Source: Antedon mediterranea
Lineage: Eukaryota; Animalia; Echinodermata
Assembly (NCBI RefSeq): GCF_964355755.1
Contig: NC_092674.1
Span: forward strand, 22,506,001 to 22,570,000
Length of the DNA: 64,000 nt
Reading direction: 5' to 3'
The stretch's first letter is position 1. Each line of letters opens with the position of its first letter. This document shows, piece by piece, positions 37,201 to 48,277 of the stretch. The position numbers and the translations under genes are program-made. The notes under the pieces were generated by a model that worked only from the letters and a program-made list of their open reading frames with translations, searched no databases and was not told the origin of the DNA.

Positions 37201-39470
37201 AGTAATAATGTTGGAAGCTACACTTTTGAAACAGTGGCACATTTCTGGAATGAAGGTGCGTCCAGAGTAAGTAACATAAAAGTTTTAAGAAATTTAACAA
37301 TTCTATTTACAATGAAACTTAAACTGAAACTAAATAATATGTAAAAGATATAAAAAATAACATTAGCAGAAACAGGATTTTAAAAAAAAATAAAGAACTA
37401 ATCATTTTTATTGTTGGTAATACACAATTGAATAAACACATTTAATTAAAAGATAATTATAATAGCACGTACCGTACTGAATATAACCTTTCTTTTAATC
37501 GTCATAATCATTATTTACATCTTTTAAGATATTTGTATTTGCTTTACCTTAAAAATGTAAAAACAAATACAAATCGATATTTTAACTATGTTGTTTTCAA
37601 ATTTTGATGAAAATCTTTATTTAATAATTGTGTGCCCTATGAAGCAGTTGGAATGAAATTATGGAATTGATATTACAAGATGTAGTTGAACGAAATTGAT
37701 TTTATTATTTATTATTAGGTTATTTTTAGTACATGCTCCAATGGTTCTACATTTTGTTGATAAAGATACCTAAAAAATGTAATAAACGTTTGAACAATTA
37801 CACAAAGCTTCTGCATGTAGAACTACAGTAACGTAAAATCATTTTCTAACGTGCCATTATTTTCAATCAAAGAATAAATTGTCTTTCTTTCTTTTTTTTT
37901 AATAAGAAAATAATGTATAGATTACCTAAAGCATATTTATCTTTCTTTCTTTCATTAAAAAAAGTATAGACAAGACTTGAATGTAACCATGACATTAGAG
38001 TTGTAATAATAAGGTTACACACTTGTTTGGATTAACCAATGTTTTCACGTGCACAATTAGCTCTATCCATAGCTCTTTATCTAAGTTCTTTTCTCTTGAG
38101 CTTTACATTCCAATTGGTCAGGTATTACATAAAAACTGTTCTTACGCCACCATTGTGCATTTGGTTGAATATTCCGATCTTGTGATTAGACAGGAATTAA
38201 GATTATTCCTAAACATATAATCCGTGGCAAGTAGAAGAGGCCCTGACTTGCTATTTTTTCGTTATACAGCATGCTTTCACTGTAGACTTACTTTTGATTT
38301 TCTTAGCTTAGCTAAAGTTTGCCAAGATAAAATGACTTTCACTTTGTTTGATAAATACCACTTTGTTGATACCATGTGTTGATTCATAAATTAATAATAA
38401 TAATAATAATAATATTTGTTTGGAACAACACTTTTTTAACAGTGGCACACATGCGTACCATACCAATTACAAAATTCAATACAAAAACAATGGAAAATAA
38501 AAACTGAAACTAAAATAAAACATATTTGAGATAATGACATAAAATTTGACTTGACGCTATTACAAAACTTATTTACAAACTAAAACTACACTAATACAAC
38601 TAATAATTTTGCAACAGCATTGGAAAAGAAAACACTTTTTTAATAAAATAATAGAACAGTCCAAAGTTGTGATACAATTGCATTTAATTAATTTTTGATG
38701 CTCAATTAATTAAATGTTACCGGTAGTTCTCGAGCACTATGGGAGTTTCAAATCTCTGGGTTGAGGCATTCGAAGCGTAATATTGAGATTGGCATTTTGA
38801 ATTTGGAAACATTAAGTAGTTTGGAGTACCAGAATGTAGTTATACCTGGTTATACAATGTATCCCAAATCTTAGATTACTTACTGGTCTTCACCATGTAA
38901 ACATGTATAAATCACGTTAGCAACGCGTATTGTTTTAAAAGCAAATATACAGGAACTACAATCTGTATTTATGCCTGTAATTTGTAGAAAGGGACGCGCG
39001 CACTTATTGTTCAGGCGTACGTACGTGTAAACATGATGTCGGTAGTAACCTGAATTGATTCACACTATCTATATTTAATTCTCCTACATTATCTCAATAG
39101 CGCCACAATGTATAACTATGCCGTATGCCGAGAATATAACATAATGTTTGTAAAGTAAACCTTAGCTGACTCACAAACAAAAAATACAATCAGAAACTTG
39201 CGTCAAATGTCTAAATGTCTAGTTTGACTGACTGCTTCTCCCAGACGAAAATGGTAGGCCTACATACAAATATCAAAGTGAAAAATGTACGATCTTACTA
39301 ACCATTTGCATCGAGTCATTGTCTATTTCTCCTATTGGTCTCCAACTGAATGTTGCAGAACGGAAATGCCTTGCATCTGAAACAGCTAAAAATCCAAGTG
39401 CAATAACAAAATAATACACATTCCTAATGGTTAGGCCTATCGTGGGGGTTTTACCCCTGCGATACTCCAT
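13270..39470 (-). CDS. Large secreted mosaic protein, IgGFc-binding protein/zonadhesin-like: signal peptide, Sib/'integrin beta-like' region, SbsA-type Ig-like domain, VWD-C8-TIL-TILa-EGF, 2 HYR, 2 EGF, VWD-C8-TIL-TILa-EGF, CUB, EGF, partial third VWD; at least 1775 aa, 3' end unresolved
   Basis: 30 phase-compatible exons (5325 nt): 39470-39303, 34943-34696, 33951-33773, 33558-33458, 32861-32587, 31669-31508, 31068-31028, 30900-30800, 30254-30008, 29052-28835, 28140-28030, 27782-27672, 27322-27220, 26894-26721, 25777-25569, 25043-24869, 24273-23986, 23458-23153, 22574-22461, 21927-21814, 21498-21287, 20673-20569, 20113-19958, 19820-19685, 19542-19366, 18613-18402, 18143-17948, 17176-16814, 15191-15081, 13481-13270. 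Motifs include [56 protein letters not shown]. Confidence 0.88.
14615..14983 (-). mobile_element. tRNA-derived SINE, near full length, with A-rich tail
   Basis: Minus-strand A box TGGCCGAGCGG (14976-14966), B box GGTTCGAGGC (14921-14912), about 250-nt body, A-rich tail at 14615-14642; two further copies in the window. Confidence 0.75.
16814..17176 (-). CDS. CUB-domain exon of the mosaic gene
   Basis: [32 protein letters not shown]; phase 1-1 exon. Confidence 0.8.
17948..21498 (-). CDS. Second VWD-C8-TIL-TILa-EGF module of the mosaic gene (7 exons)
   Basis: [60 protein letters not shown]. Confidence 0.88.
18263..18380. mobile_element. Partial copy of the 160-bp Harbinger-type MITE
   Basis: gtgcccaaatatggtagtgatatgacatcatc core and gtagacagagct end. 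Confidence 0.65.
20734..20893. mobile_element. 160-bp PIF/Harbinger-type MITE (TAA TSD)
   Basis: TIR AGGTCTGTCTACACTATCAAACT / AGTTTGATAGAGTAGACAGAGCA with TAA on both sides. Confidence 0.75.
21814..24273 (-). CDS. Two HYR-domain exons and two EGF exons of the mosaic gene
   Basis: [76 protein letters not shown]. Confidence 0.85.
23556..23827 (+). repeat. Diverged intronic tandem duplication, unit about 148 bp
   Basis: taggatgctataa..atttgacaactt..gccaaaaactc..ctgtgatcca..aaatcagtactg occurs at 23556 and 23704. Confidence 0.8.
24720..24857. mobile_element. Copy of the 160-bp Harbinger-type MITE
   Basis: AGCTCTATCTACACTATCAAACT ... AGTTTGATAGTATAGACAAAGCT. Confidence 0.7.
24869..29052 (-). 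CDS. First (degenerate) VWD-C8-TIL-TILa-EGF module of the mosaic gene (7 exons)
   Basis: [60 protein letters not shown]. Confidence 0.8.
28346..28503. mobile_element. Copy of the 160-bp Harbinger-type MITE (TTA TSD)
   Basis: TTA-AGCTCTGTCTACACTAT ... ATAGTGTAGACAGAGCT-TTA. Confidence 0.78.
30008..39470 (-). CDS. N-terminal signal peptide, Sib/'integrin beta-like' region and SbsA-like Ig domain of the mosaic gene (9 exons)
   Basis: [102 protein letters not shown]. Confidence 0.75.
35990..36290. repeat. Low-complexity self-complementary (CCTAGG/GGCTA)n tract
   Basis: ggctaggcctaggcctaggcctag runs; similar tracts at 2485-2525 and 55265-55445. Confidence 0.8.
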
Positions 39471-39508
39471 GTTAAAATTAGGAATGTCTAGCCGCCGCTG
39501 CTGCACCC

Positions 39509-39516
39509 TTTTTATA
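39509..39516 (-). promoter_or_regulatory. Candidate TATA box of the mosaic gene
   Basis: TATAAAAAG on the minus strand, in GC-rich flanks, about 40 nt upstream of the ATG at 39470. Confidence 0.5.
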
Positions 39517-41068
39517 AGAGCGCCCGAGTACAAGTAACTATAAACGGAATTATGTAGTTATATTCATTGCTAAAAAATTCAATCAACAATAGATTTTCAC
39601 ACCTGAGCGAGTGTATTTGTGTTGTACAACTAATACTATTTTATCGTATTTATACAAGGTTATATAAAGCCAGCGGTTAAACCTAGATCTATTGTACACC
39701 TTAATTTACAACAACTCAATACATACCTACATTAATTTATTGTTTGTGTATTAGGCTTATTTCATTGATTATCAACATTTTGCCAACAATACAATAGAAA
39801 AATAAAAAAGTAGCAGAAACTAATGGTATAAAAGACAACTTTTATCGAGTTTTTATGTTTTGAAAAGAAAAGTAATGTTACTATATTAATTATTTTTTAT
39901 TTTATTTTTGGTTTTTATTTGTTTCATTTGTTATTAGTATTTTTAGTGTCATTGCCATTAATTCGTTTCATATAGTGTATAAAGGATTTGTATATTCAAC
40001 CAGTATAAATAAATATACAATAAAATAGGCCAAGACCTACAACTATACAATGCAATTACACAAAGTGAGAAATTATGTGCAGTGAAGGTTTAGAAATTGC
40101 TGTAAAAATGAGTCTAAGCTCCCCTTATGAGTAGGGCTATAACAAAACAAGGAGAGAATTAACTACTGTTGTGTGTTGTGTAAATGAAAGATATAAACAT
40201 AAATGTATAGATTTTGAAATAATATAATCATCAAAACTTAAGTATGCTGTTGTTTGTTAATCAATCAAAGGAAAGGGTAAATCCCTGAAGTGGAATACTG
40301 TACGTGTAAAGATGGGATACCAGGTACTGGGCCTATATAAAACAAATGTATTAACATTCAAGATGTAGCATGTAAAGATTGATACAAAATTTATGAAATA
40401 AACCACTGCATATAAATAAAGAAAGTATAGTAAAATAGAGTAGGCCTAATGCAAGTGAAGGTTCTTTAAATTGAATCAAATACAAATTTAATGTAAAGTA
40501 TAATTTACTGTTTTCTTATTTTGAAAATAATATTTATAAGACATTTTGGAGTTACTCTATGGCATGCATTTCCCATAGTAGCAATGACAGAAGCTGGTTT
40601 GAGTAACAGGCAGATTACTACAGGACAGCAAACCATGCATATCCAGGTCGCTAACCAGCAGCCAACCTTCTGTACAATTTTTGAAGGCTGTTACTGATAT
40701 AATAATATTGTTTTGTTTTCCTATTGTTGTACCTGTCAAAGCCTTTTCTAAAGATCGGTACACATGAGTGAATTAGGTTAAACCTAGTGCATATAATATA
40801 TACATTTGTGATTTCAGCCCACCTGTAAATCATAGGTTAAAACTTACGGAACATTCCAACAGAAAATATTTCATAAGAAGCTTAGCGCTTTGAAAATAGG
40901 GATTTTTGTCATAAAAAAAAATCCAAACGTTCGCCACACGCATTTTTTTATTTGACTATCATACCATTTTTTTTTTCCCTTCATTAATCAAATCGCCAAG
41001 GATAACTCATTTCGTTAACTGTCCTTCGCAATTCCGGCACAAGTAAGAATAATTATATATAATCAATT

Positions 41069-41105
41069 GCACTGATGAGGGGCTAGTGTTGCTTGAAAGC
41101 TCTGC
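41069..41105 (+). ncRNA. Minimal type I hammerhead ribozyme motif, second copy
   Basis: GCA-CUGAUGA-G-GGGC(uaguguu)GCUU-GAA-AGCU-C-UGC; stem II is weaker (two G-U pairs). Confidence 0.6.
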
Positions 41106-41237
41106 TACTTTTTCTGGCTGTTTTACTTTATCATTTAAATTAGCTTTTAGCTTGTTTTATTTTGTATCTCCATTGCGATCCAGCCACTGATACCCAGCGG
41201 CATTGTCATTATTTTCAATAATTTGCCTTTGGATTTA
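41069..41237 (+). mobile_element. Second copy of the hammerhead-bearing repeat, in short TA runs
   Basis: Highly similar to 5354-5519. Confidence 0.6.
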
Positions 41238-43583
41238 TATAATTCTTTATGAATGTTATATCATACTGTATTATTACAATTGACCTCATCATATCATGTG
41301 TGGCGTGATAATTTTCGTCTATTATTATTATTATCAGTGTATGATCATTATCTACAACACATTATCTTCATAATCGTCGTCTATTATCTTTATCATCGTG
41401 GTCAACATTCTTTTTTTAGTGTAGGCCTATTGTAAAAATATTGTATTAATGCTTGTCTACTTTTGTGAGTTTGTTAGATTAGGATAAATGTTTTTTGAAT
41501 TTAAATTGATTTTCAGATATTGGAAACAAATTTGATGACCTCTTTTCGTGGGCGTCTGCCATTGTATTTTTATCGGTAACACCCAAATATGAACAGAAAA
41601 CCAATACATGTTACTGTGGTATTAGTGTAATTGTAAAAAATCTGCTGATGTGTAAAGACAACGCCTAAGTTGTAACGAATTTCTTTTCAAAAGTCACCCA
41701 TGTCTTATGCATGTCACACTGTCAAACTAATTTGATTGTGTAGACAGAACTTTAAATAATACTAGCCAAAAGCCTACCATTGACTTTGAATCCTTATAAT
41801 GTTTCCTTGATGCGTTCCAGAGTTTGATTCCATAACTCACAATGTATTGGAAAGAGGACGTTTCATTTTAAAGGATATAATCTATATATAAATTATGGTT
41901 AATTCTGACATAGGCGAGCACAATGGTACCGCGAAATGTAAATTTGATGACATTAGTTTTCACTATTACGATATTATTTAATATTTCTTTCGTTTAAAAC
42001 TACCAGGTTTCGACTAAGTTGGCCGTTAGAGGATATGTATGCTATAGCCATTTTAGTTTTTTTTTTGGTTTATTTTCGGATCGGACCGCGCGTCTGAGGT
42101 ACAGTAGTTAAACAATAAAAATTATACTGCAAATTAATAAAAGATCAAATTAAATATACTCCATAAAGCATCGGAATATATTGTGGGGAGTAGTATTATA
42201 AAATTACATAGGGAGATCGTATGATAAGACATTTTGTTTAAAATCGACTGAAATCGGATACCCGATATCATTGATATAGGCCTAATAGCACAAATAAGAA
42301 CTAAAGAAATTCAAAATAATTTCTTTTAAAATATATTATTATTTTCTATAGAATTCAGCGGTTCATCCGTATCTATAATATTATCAGTGTAAATATTTTG
42401 GTTTTATACCCATACCGAATGCATACGAAATAAAAACAGCAGAATATAGATATAAACACTCAAGATCAAAATACTGGTTTGTTGCTTTTACTCTCCAAAT
42501 CAGCAACAACAAAAAATAATACTGTATATTATTCAAGAATCGAACTCAATTCGGACAGATAAGCCAATCAATACATCTATGGATTTAGAAACCCATTGGA
42601 TCGCATGATATGCCTAAAGCAAGTTTCAAGAAAAGATAGTGTAATGGATTTTGTACACAATACGATTAAGTACCGATAGGTACTCGGGTACTTTGTCTGT
42701 CTCGATAAAAGAACAGGACAAAATATAAATCTCTAAAAAAATCTTCATGCATGGAATAACTTTGCAAAGTTCTTACCGTTACAATACATGCACTATTTTT
42801 GTTAGACAATCCCCTTTGTTTGCTTCAATGCATATTTTATATCACACGACAATAACAACTTCGAATCACAAATAAATGACCGTGATAAGGGGAATTCTAA
42901 ATATGTTATTATCACGGAAAGTCATATAAATTGATTCATTTACATAAGTAAAATATAATATTGTATCTGTAAGAGAAACGTTGTAAAGACACATGACAAA
43001 AATGACTACGGTATGTTAGAACAAATGTGTTTAAATTAATATACAGTATTTATATGAAAATGTATATGATGGAAATAAAGTGGGATGAAACTACATAAGA
43101 CAAAAAAGAAACGTTGTGTTTAATTCAACTAGAAGAGTAATAATTTAAATTTTATATAATTTTACAAATCAACTTACTACTTCATCATCATAAAAAATAG
43201 AATTTCGTTACTATTGCAAACCAATTTGGAAAAATAAAACTAAAGAGGGCGCTATAATAATAATGAAACCATAGAGGGCGGAATGAAAACCTACGAATAT
43301 TGGCAGCAATAATAGTAGACATTGGTGGTATGTCATTTATATTTAAACAACGCATGCATTGATTTAAGCATCTTACGTCAGATATTAATATGTTTTCTAT
43401 TCTCTCATATATATCTAGAAATTATAAATGTATTCATATCGAGATTTATTTTTGTTTAAGTTCATCCAAAACATCGGTAGAATTATTACATTAGCGGGAG
43501 AGTAGGAGATTACATATAGACTTCAACCATTTTATCGGGAATGTGGGAGGTCTGAATAAGGTGTTATGTTGATGTTACGATTG

Positions 43584-43680
43584 TTTTAGTCGCGTACAAA
43601 CGCGACTCTACCCTTCATTATGTCGGTCGGTCGGTCGGTAAACACTAACTCAAATTTGAGCACGTGGTTGCAGCCATTTA
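43584..43680 (+). mobile_element. Helentron/DINE-1-like (HINE) element end
   Basis: TTTTAGTCGCGT..ACGCGACT palindrome followed by a (GTCG)n microsatellite, the usual HINE/DINE-1 layout. Confidence 0.5.
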
Positions 43681-46600
43681 TATGGCCATTCAATTGCGGA
43701 GGTTGTTAATTTATCCATAGGCCTTCTTTTAACAATAGTCTAAATAATAAACTATATGAAATTACTAAAAATTTGAAAGACAAAAAAAAAATCAAATAAC
43801 TACCACATTCGTTTTAATAATATATATTTTAATGAATAAACAATGTGTACAATATATGACATACATATCTTGTTTATTCTGAATCTGAATATTCAAACTT
43901 ATATCAACTAGTGCTCCTAATTTTGTCGACAATTTCGATGTGTTATAATTCGTCATAATGTTTGCTCTACTATGACGTAATTGTACTTTAAGAGAACAAT
44001 TTCGAAACCTTATTGTACAATATTGTTACAATCTTGGTCTACATTATATCAAAATAACTGGTAAATAACGATTTAATCAACCTTAAAAGAGATTAGAAAT
44101 GAGCATACCACTACAGCTTAATGGATTTTATATAAATTCGGCTTAATTCAATATTTCCCTTATTGCAGGATAAGGCTGAACTGTAGGTAAAGACTGCAAG
44201 CAGATGCAGGATTTCTATCTATTCTAATCACCCAAAACCACTAATACCGTGGCTCAAATAGTATACAGATAATATGACAGCTTAAAAAGAGAGATTTAAG
44301 AAATATCCGCATTGAGTAATATAATACAATATAGACGTCTATAGACGCGGATCAAAAACGCCCTTTTATACAAAAACATATTCTTATACTTAACGTCAAT
44401 GGCACACAAAGGCATATTCTGGGTGCCACAGGTAAATACCTGTTCATTACCATAAAACAAAAGGTGAAAAATATGTTAAATACAAAATAAAATAAATAAC
44501 AGATACGATATGTCTAAATACTACTTAGGAAAGGAAATGAAAAATAACATTTTACAAACAAAATCTGTTCAGGGTACTTACAAAATATGTCACATACACC
44601 TAGTACCCCATCCACATGATACCAGAAAGAAATGTAAGGGAAATATATTACTAACCTAAAGGAAAAATACTACATCGGGTCAATTTGCCATTAGTGGCAT
44701 AACATAATGGAATGAAATTCCAAAGTTCAAGAAATGAAATATAGGAAACTTTTCAAATTTAATAAGAAGTTAAGAAATATAATTATGTTATATTTACTGT
44801 TTGTTGTATGGAAAATAAATACATTATTACCAGTGCCAAAATGGCGAGAGGTTATGTTGTCGATCGGCTGTGTTTGTTCACGGACAATCCGGACCAGGAT
44901 CCAAATTTTAGACCACTTTTTATTATTTCAATAATTTCAATTCGTACGTCAAAACTACACGACGGATCTTTATCACGATTCTTGATCATCTGTGTTTACT
45001 CATGGCAGAGCTTGTAACTCTCTGATCGCTTTCTTGTTATAGGCCTAATTACACATTACATCGAATACTACATAAGAACGTATTGTCAAATTAGATAGTA
45101 TAATTGATGACAAGTCTTTGTGCTTAGAACTTTCAGTTTTATTCTTTGTGTAACACTGATTCTGTGTATTGATAACCAGTTTATTTAGCTATTTCTGTGG
45201 TATTATGCTGAAATACTCATATAAATAATATAACTATTGTTTATTAGACCTTTGCGAAGGATCAGCTAACTGTACTCTAATGAAAAAAAAATGTACAATG
45301 CATGATAATGAGGCTTAACTACAATATTGTTTAAAGGTTTGCATGGCGATAAAACACTAGTAAAGTTTACAGTACAAAATACAGGCGCCCAACAATACTT
45401 AGTAATTAATTTTAAAAAAAGTTTTAAGTTGACGTAGAGGTGCTGATTAGGCAACATGTAGTGTGTAGCCTACCGTGTATACTCCACGTGCTTTTTTTTG
45501 TATACTGATTTAAGCCTTGACCTAGCCTCTCGTTAAAAGTAAGTGAAATGAATTAATAAATATGAATGTTTTATATTCGTATAATGGAAACAAATTATAT
45601 ATATATATATGCCCGAAAAATAAACTTATATTGCGGCAATCTTAACTTATTTGATCTTGATTTTTTTTTATATCCTGCCTATGCAGCTCTTTGATTTATG
45701 TTCACAATAAATCATACAAAGTTAATTTTCATCCCCCGAAACTGAGCAAAATACTACTAATATTTAATATTTTGACCAATATTGAATGATACATTTTATT
45801 AAGCATTTGACGTCAGAAAAAACAAATTGTGAAAGTTATCATGCATAGAAACAAACAAACTTAATAGGCCTAGTACCAGGGAAGAGTTAAATTACAATAA
45901 TTAGTAATAACAAGTAATTTAACTCTTCCCTGGGCCTACATACAAAATATGTTTAAGTATTTATACTTGACAAAATGCTTGACAGGAATTGTACTAATTA
46001 ATAGATTCAAGATATAAAATTAATTGGAGAGGGTAGATAAACATTTGAAAACAATATCAAAAAATTGTCCATAAAAATAACTGTAAAATAAGGATGGTGT
46101 GATACACACATTGAAGATTCATTCTTCTTCTTTAAAGCTAAATAATAAATGCGTTGTTGAACGTTTATGGCCATGAAAAGAAGAGAGATCAGTGACAATG
46201 CCTATTATAAAATAACCTCATTGGCTGAATACCTTTATTGTGTAATCAGTCATAGAGTCAATTCATGTATAAAACCATGGAGTACATACATACACAAAAG
46301 ATATCAAATGTAAACAACTCGACGAAAAGAACAGTTTTGGCTTGCAAACAGGTAGGAATTTTCTTGTAAATGATACCATCTTAGTGGTAGTGGAGGAAGT
46401 AAAAAAGCAAGAAATATCTAACAGGTAAGTAAAGAAAATGTAATAGTGTGTTTGAGTTTTGAGTGTTATTGTGGACCTCTTCACGTAGACTTTTCAAGTA
46501 GTTTTTTTTTTAAGAGGGTGTGACTAACACATAACCCCTTTTTGTAGACTACACGCCATTGCTTGCCATGCTAATTAGCTTATACAGGGCGTTTGAGGCA

Positions 46601-47203
46601 TGTTGATCTTTTAACCCTCCAAATGGCTATTCCATACTGTACCGCCAACAAAACAAAACACATAGGGATATTATTAGTCCACTGTATTACAGTAGTTGTA
46701 TGTATAAACTTTGACCGGTACTGATTTTACATATATCCATGACTATTACATACTAAATATGCCAATACCATATTCAATTGATAATAAAACAAAGGTAACT
46801 CCAAATTACTTTCAGACCGAAGACATGTTGAGAATGCAAATTACATTAATGTATTTATTTTTTGAGATAATGTTACTTGCCATTGTTTTTTATTTATGTA
46901 TGTGTCTCATAGCAACATAATTTGTTATGCATTGTAAAATATATATGAAAATGAAATTAATACACTATAAAAATTATGTTCCCACTGTATGAAAGAAAAA
47001 GTACTGACAGGTGAACTAATCAACTTCAAGTATAGTACAAAAGTTCCAAGAAATTAAATACAAGCCACCACAGTGATAGCATTCCATTATTTGAAAATAT
47101 AATTTGGTTAATGGTTTAATACCCACTAAATCCCACAGAGTTCATGTTGCTGATGCTATTGATAATAAGTTGCTAATAAAATCTTTCTTTCAGAACCGAG
47201 AAG

Positions 47204-48277
47204 ATGCTGACAACGGTTTTCTTCTCAGTAGAAGCGTTTTTGGTAGTTGTCATCTGGTCACAATACACTTCAGGATCAACGACAACATTGTCACCTGAAA
47301 ATGTCGCTGTCGAAGTAGGAACAGCAAGTATTGTTTTCACTTGTGTTGCAAATTTATCCCCATTTGAAGCAGTTACAAAACACTGGATGGTGTGGAGAAA
47401 AGATGAAATCGATATAGTTAAAAATGGTACAAAGTTAGTTGATGCAACAAAGTACAGAGTTGAAGGAATGTCATATTTATCAACCATAGAAATAACACAA
47501 ACTTTAACAATTTTCAATGTTGATAAAACTGACAGTGGGGTATTCTCCTGCGTTTTTCAATCATTAGATGTATATTTTGTAACATCTTCATCATCATCAG
47601 AGTTGACAGTCAATGATCCAGCAATAACATTGTCCCCCGAAATGGTCACCATTGACGAAGGAACACATTCTATTGTGTTCACTTGTGTTGCAAATTTATC
47701 GCCAATTGAAGCAGTTACAGAACATTGGATGGAGTGGAAAAAAGATGATATCATTATTGTTGAAAATGATACAGTGTTAGTTGATGCATCAAAGTACAGT
47801 ATCCATGGAGCTTCATACAGTTCAAATATAGAAATAACACAAATGTTAACAGTTCGTAATGTTGAGAAAACAGATGGGGGTGTGTTTTTGTGTACTATGA
47901 ACTACACATCTGCATATATTCTAAGATCAACAGCAGAGACCGAATTAAGAGTTATAAAACAGCAACAAACAACAGACACAAGCAATTCAACAGATGGTAC
48001 AAAACTCAAAATTTACCTAATAACTGGCGGTATAATATTCTTTGTTATCTTTTTCAGTTGCCTATTTGTTTTGTGTAAGATAAGCAAAGAAACAGCATTT
48101 AGTAATGTTAATACTACTAATGTTCAAAACGAAGAAAATCAAAATCAAGAAAAGGACAGATATATGAATTATTATGAAAACATTGAAGCAAATAAAGGTG
48201 AAATGACTGAAAAGACACAACCGTTACCAGAACAAAATAATTTAAACATTGTAATCGAAAGCACACCAAAATTATAA
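47204..48277 (+). CDS. Single-coding-exon Ig-superfamily type I membrane protein, two tandem V/I-type Ig domains, TM, short tail with YMNYYENI; 357 aa
   Basis: ORF 357 aa; signal peptide; twice FTCVANLSP..W..W.KD..LT(I/V).NV.KTD.GVF.C; TM IYLITGGIIFFVIFFSCLFVLC. Acceptor tttctttcag at 47193 and donor cag|gtaagt at 46424 suggest a 5' UTR exon. Confidence 0.88.
   Translation: MLTTVFFSVEAFLVVVIWSQYTSGSTTTLSPENVAVEVGTASIVFTCVANLSPFEAVTKHWMVWRKDEIDIVKNGTKLVDATKYRVEGMSYLSTIEITQTLTIFNVDKTDSGVFSCVFQSLDVYFVTSSSSSELTVNDPAITLSPEMVTIDEGTHSIVFTCVANLSPIEAVTEHWMEWKKDDIIIVENDTVLVDASKYSIHGASYSSNIEITQMLTVRNVEKTDGGVFLCTMNYTSAYILRSTAETELRVIKQQQTTDTSNSTDGTKLKIYLITGGIIFFVIFFSCLFVLCKISKETAFSNVNTTNVQNEENQNQEKDRYMNYYENIEANKGEMTEKTQPLPEQNNLNIVIESTPKL

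Noticed and set aside
40505-40690. Cys-rich hydrophobic minus-strand frame (VGCWLATWICMVCCPVVICLLL)
   Set aside because: No start codon or partner exon found and no recognisable family; cannot be supported without transcripts.
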